7,789 bases of DNA. Origin: Okeania sp. GTDB taxonomy: Bacteria > Cyanobacteriota > Cyanobacteriia > Cyanobacteriales > Microcoleaceae. A program made the position numbers and the translations under genes. The stretch is from positions 1-7,789 of the forward strand of contig NZ_JAYKGW010000206.1 of the NCBI RefSeq assembly GCF_035285525.1. The letters are read 5' to 3'. This document shows positions 6,690 to 7,789 of the stretch, in pieces (position 1 is the first letter of the stretch; the number at the start of each line of letters is the position of its first letter). Below the pieces are notes generated by a model. The model did not search any database. It saw nothing but the letters and a program-made list of their open reading frames with translations, and had not been told where the DNA came from.

Positions 6690-6703
6690 ATAGTTTTTTA
6701 AAT

Positions 6704-6762
6704 CCAGGACTTACACGGGAGGCACTATATATAGCGCCTTGGTGCGTTGTGCGTTGTGCGCT
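6704..6762. repeat. Internally deleted copy of the CAGGACTTAC unit, followed by heptamer tract GTGCGTT x3
   Basis: CAGGACTTACAC at 6704-6715. CTATATATAGCGCCTTGGTGCGT (6726-6748) is colinear with CTATATATAGTACCTTGGCGT of 7137-7157. Near-palindrome GGCACTATATATAGCGCC at 6721-6738. Heptamers at 6742-6748, 6749-6755 and 6756-6762 (the last imperfect). Confidence 0.55.
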
Positions 6763-6789
6763 TTTCATGTCGCGTAGCGAAACACACCC

Positions 6790-6925
6790 TACTGGACTGT
6801 TTCATCTTAAATGGTGCATTAGGGAACAGGGGAGTAAGGGAGTGGGGAAGAAAGATTGTTGTTGGGTTGAGGCACGAAACCCAACCTACATCTATTGCAC
6901 CATTTAAGGTGAAACAATGCAGTAC
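6790..6925. repeat. Long imperfect hairpin module 1 (arm A1 6790-6818, arm B1 6890-6925) enclosing G-rich STRR-like repeats and a GTTGGGTT hairpin
   Basis: 6799-6818 GTTTCATCTTAAATGGTGCA pairs with 6896-6915 TGCACCATTTAAGGTGAAAC, 20 bp including one G-U-type position. The loop contains ATTAGGGAACAGGGGAGTAAGGGAGTGGGGAAG and the hairpin 6861-6868 / 6878-6885. Confidence 0.85.
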
Positions 6926-7057
6926 TGGACTGTTTCAGCTAAAATAGTGCGTTAATTTTTAGTTGTTGCAAGACAAGGAAGACAAGGAGGACAAGGAAGA
7001 CAAGGAAGACAAGGAAGAAAAATCTATTGCAACATTTAAGATGAAACAATCCACTAC
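6923..7057. repeat. Hairpin module 2 (arm A2 6923-6955, arm B2 7022-7057), a diverged tandem copy of module 1 with different internal cargo
   Basis: A2 TACTGGACTGTTTCAGCTAAAATAGTGCGTTAA is a direct repeat of A1. B2 ATCTATTGCAACATTTAAGATGAAACAATCCACTAC is a direct repeat of B1. Period is about 132-133 nt. A2/B2 complementarity is only about 21/28. Confidence 0.75.
6972..7016. repeat. Nonamer tandem repeat GACAAGGAA x5 (second copy GACAAGGAG)
   Basis: Read directly at 6972-6980, 6981-6989, 6990-6998, 6999-7007 and 7008-7016. Confidence 0.95.
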
Positions 7058-7073
7058 CAATAGCTAAAAACTA

Positions 7074-7166
7074 TCAGGACTTATGCAGACACCCTAGATA
7101 TAGTACTTAAAACTATTGCACAATAGTTTTTTAAATCTATATATAGTACCTTGGCGTAAGTCCTGA
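7074..7166. mobile_element. MITE-like ~93-bp unit with terminal inverted repeats TCAGGACTTATGCA / GGCGTAAGTCCTGA
   Basis: The left end 7074-7087 matches the reverse complement of the right end 7153-7166 at 12/14. Internal palindrome AAAACTATTGCACAATAGTTTT at 7108-7129. No coding capacity. Related copies at 50-141 and 6704-6748, and possibly 7231-7371. Family name not recognised. Confidence 0.55.
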
Positions 7167-7173
7167 CTATAAA

Positions 7174-7213
7174 AGTGAAATTTTACTAAAAAGAGGAGAT
7201 TTACCAAAATCAA
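7174..7213 (+). promoter_or_regulatory. Second copy of the conserved 40-nt leader block
   Basis: 37/40 identical to 145-184, but here it lies 421 nt from the GAAAACTATG start context. Confidence 0.35.
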
Positions 7214-7634
7214 GTACAGACTTTGGATAACTAGGACTTACGCAACATAAGGTATTTCTGTCATGGCGCGACTCGCAGCTTTGCGATAGCAAGGGACAGG
7301 GTTGGTGGAGCATTCCGGACCGAAAGCAATCTCAAACCTTAAAATTTCCTTTCTCATGGCTTTAGTCCTGATCACAAAAATGCGTTTTCCTTACGGAATG
7401 CTCCGCTTTCCATATCGCGCAGCATTTTCGTATCGGGAATGCTCCCCAAAAATGTCGGTTCTTAGTCATTTTGCTGAAGAACGCTGCGCGACAATATATA
7501 AAGCAGAGCTTTGCGAAGCGCAAAAACTTCCCTACCTAGTACGGACGTTGCATAACAAAAATGCGCTTCATATCGCGCAGCGTTTCATGTCCGCTCAACC
7601 GTGGAAAATGTCCCTACCTACTCCCTACCTTTAT
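7214..7634. repeat. 421-nt non-coding block present only upstream of the second paralog, built from GC-rich short repeats
   Basis: Copy 1 has only ACCA (185-188) between the two conserved flanks. The block contains repeated CATATCGCGCAGCG-type motifs (7403-7424, 7561-7582, inverted at 7482-7497; a related copy at 6757-6779). It also has GGAGCATTCC / GGAATGCTCC inverted repeats, GCTTTGCGA x2, and CCCTACCT x3 (7531-7538, 7612-7619 and 7622-7629). Confidence 0.8.
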
Positions 7635-7641
7635 GAAAACT

Positions 7642-7789
7642 ATGAATAACAATATTATGCTCAACCTTCCCAACTACTACTTTAGGGAAAATTTATACCA
7701 AGGAATACGCACTTTGGTATATCGTGGCCAACGAAACTGGGACCAGAAATCAGTAATTATCAAAGTCTTACGGAATCCTCACCCCAGTT
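7642..7789 (+). CDS. 5' end of a second, paralogous Ser/Thr kinase-type sensor gene (partial, runs off the window)
   Basis: ATG at 7642. The translation MNNNIMLNLPNYYFRENLYQGIRTLVYRGQRNWDQKSVIIKVLRNPHPS matches the first 49 aa of the 196-6489 product at 45/49 positions. By hand count, 132/148 nt are identical to 196-343. Confidence 0.9.
   Translation, partial: MNNNIMLNLPNYYFRENLYQGIRTLVYRGQRNWDQKSVIIKVLRNPHPS

Larger units (their letters stand above)
6512..6690. repeat. Tandem duplication of an 87-bp unit (2 copies; the second has one extra heptamer)
   Basis: Unit 1 is 6512-6598 and unit 2 is 6599-6690. There are 3 mismatches over the first 80 aligned positions. Each unit reads AATTCAGGGTAATCATA-AAAAGTAGGTTGGGTTGAGGTATCGAAACCCAACTCAA...ATT(CAGAATC)n. 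Confidence 0.95.

Noticed and set aside
6512-6690. Possible CRISPR-like array
   Set aside because: There are only two directly abutting 87-bp copies with no unique spacers, and the unit length is far outside the CRISPR repeat range. It is a simple tandem duplication.
6747-6947. 66-aa ORF in the spacer
   Set aside because: It spans the heptamer tract, both arms of hairpin module 1 and the GTTGGGTT hairpin (peptide GLRHETQPT). Its sequence is dictated by repeats, and it has no RBS or homology signal that I can recognise.
7548-7576. Promoter-like TTGCAT-N17-TATCGC close to the second gene
   Set aside because: The -10 hexamer matches consensus at only 3/6 and has no support from conservation. 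The match is indistinguishable from chance in this sequence.
7302-7649. 115-aa ORF (TTG start) covering most of the 421-nt block and overlapping the start of the second kinase gene
   Set aside because: It has a non-ATG start and repeat-derived peptide duplications (RFPY...RFPY). Its Cys/Arg-rich composition is not protein-like, and its stop overlaps the well-supported ATG at 7642. It is more likely non-coding leader or repeat DNA. A small protein cannot be fully excluded without expression data.

Overview
This is an AT-rich window with the hallmarks of a filamentous, Nostocales-type cyanobacterium: one exact HIP1 octamer, STRR-like heptamer and nonamer tandem repeats, small hairpin repeats, and an HstK-type dual kinase. 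About 80% of the window is one 2097-aa gene (196-6489, +). It encodes a Ser/Thr kinase, a P-loop STAND-like NTPase, a long helical region, GAF, two PAS domains and a histidine kinase. A second, closely related paralog starts at 7642 and runs off the 3' edge. About 135 nt of its upstream sequence is also duplicated (50-184 vs 7075-7213), so the window cuts through a tandem paralog array. The 1.15-kb spacer (6490-7641) has no credible coding capacity. It is a mosaic of nested repeats: an 87-bp tandem duplication carrying a hairpin and heptamer tracts, two adjacent long-hairpin modules with different tandem-repeat cargo, MITE-like units with CAGGACTTAYGC termini, and a 421-nt GC-richer block separating the conserved leader from the start codon of the second gene. 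The same micro-repeat families also appear to sit in frame inside the big gene at two places, the kinase C-lobe and just upstream of the Walker A motif. I found no tRNA, rRNA, CRISPR array, transposase or multi-gene accessory system, and I cannot support a claim of a novel system. The most unusual signals are repeat invasion of a coding sequence, the interrupted leader of the second paralog, and divergent catalytic motifs in the Ser/Thr kinase domain.
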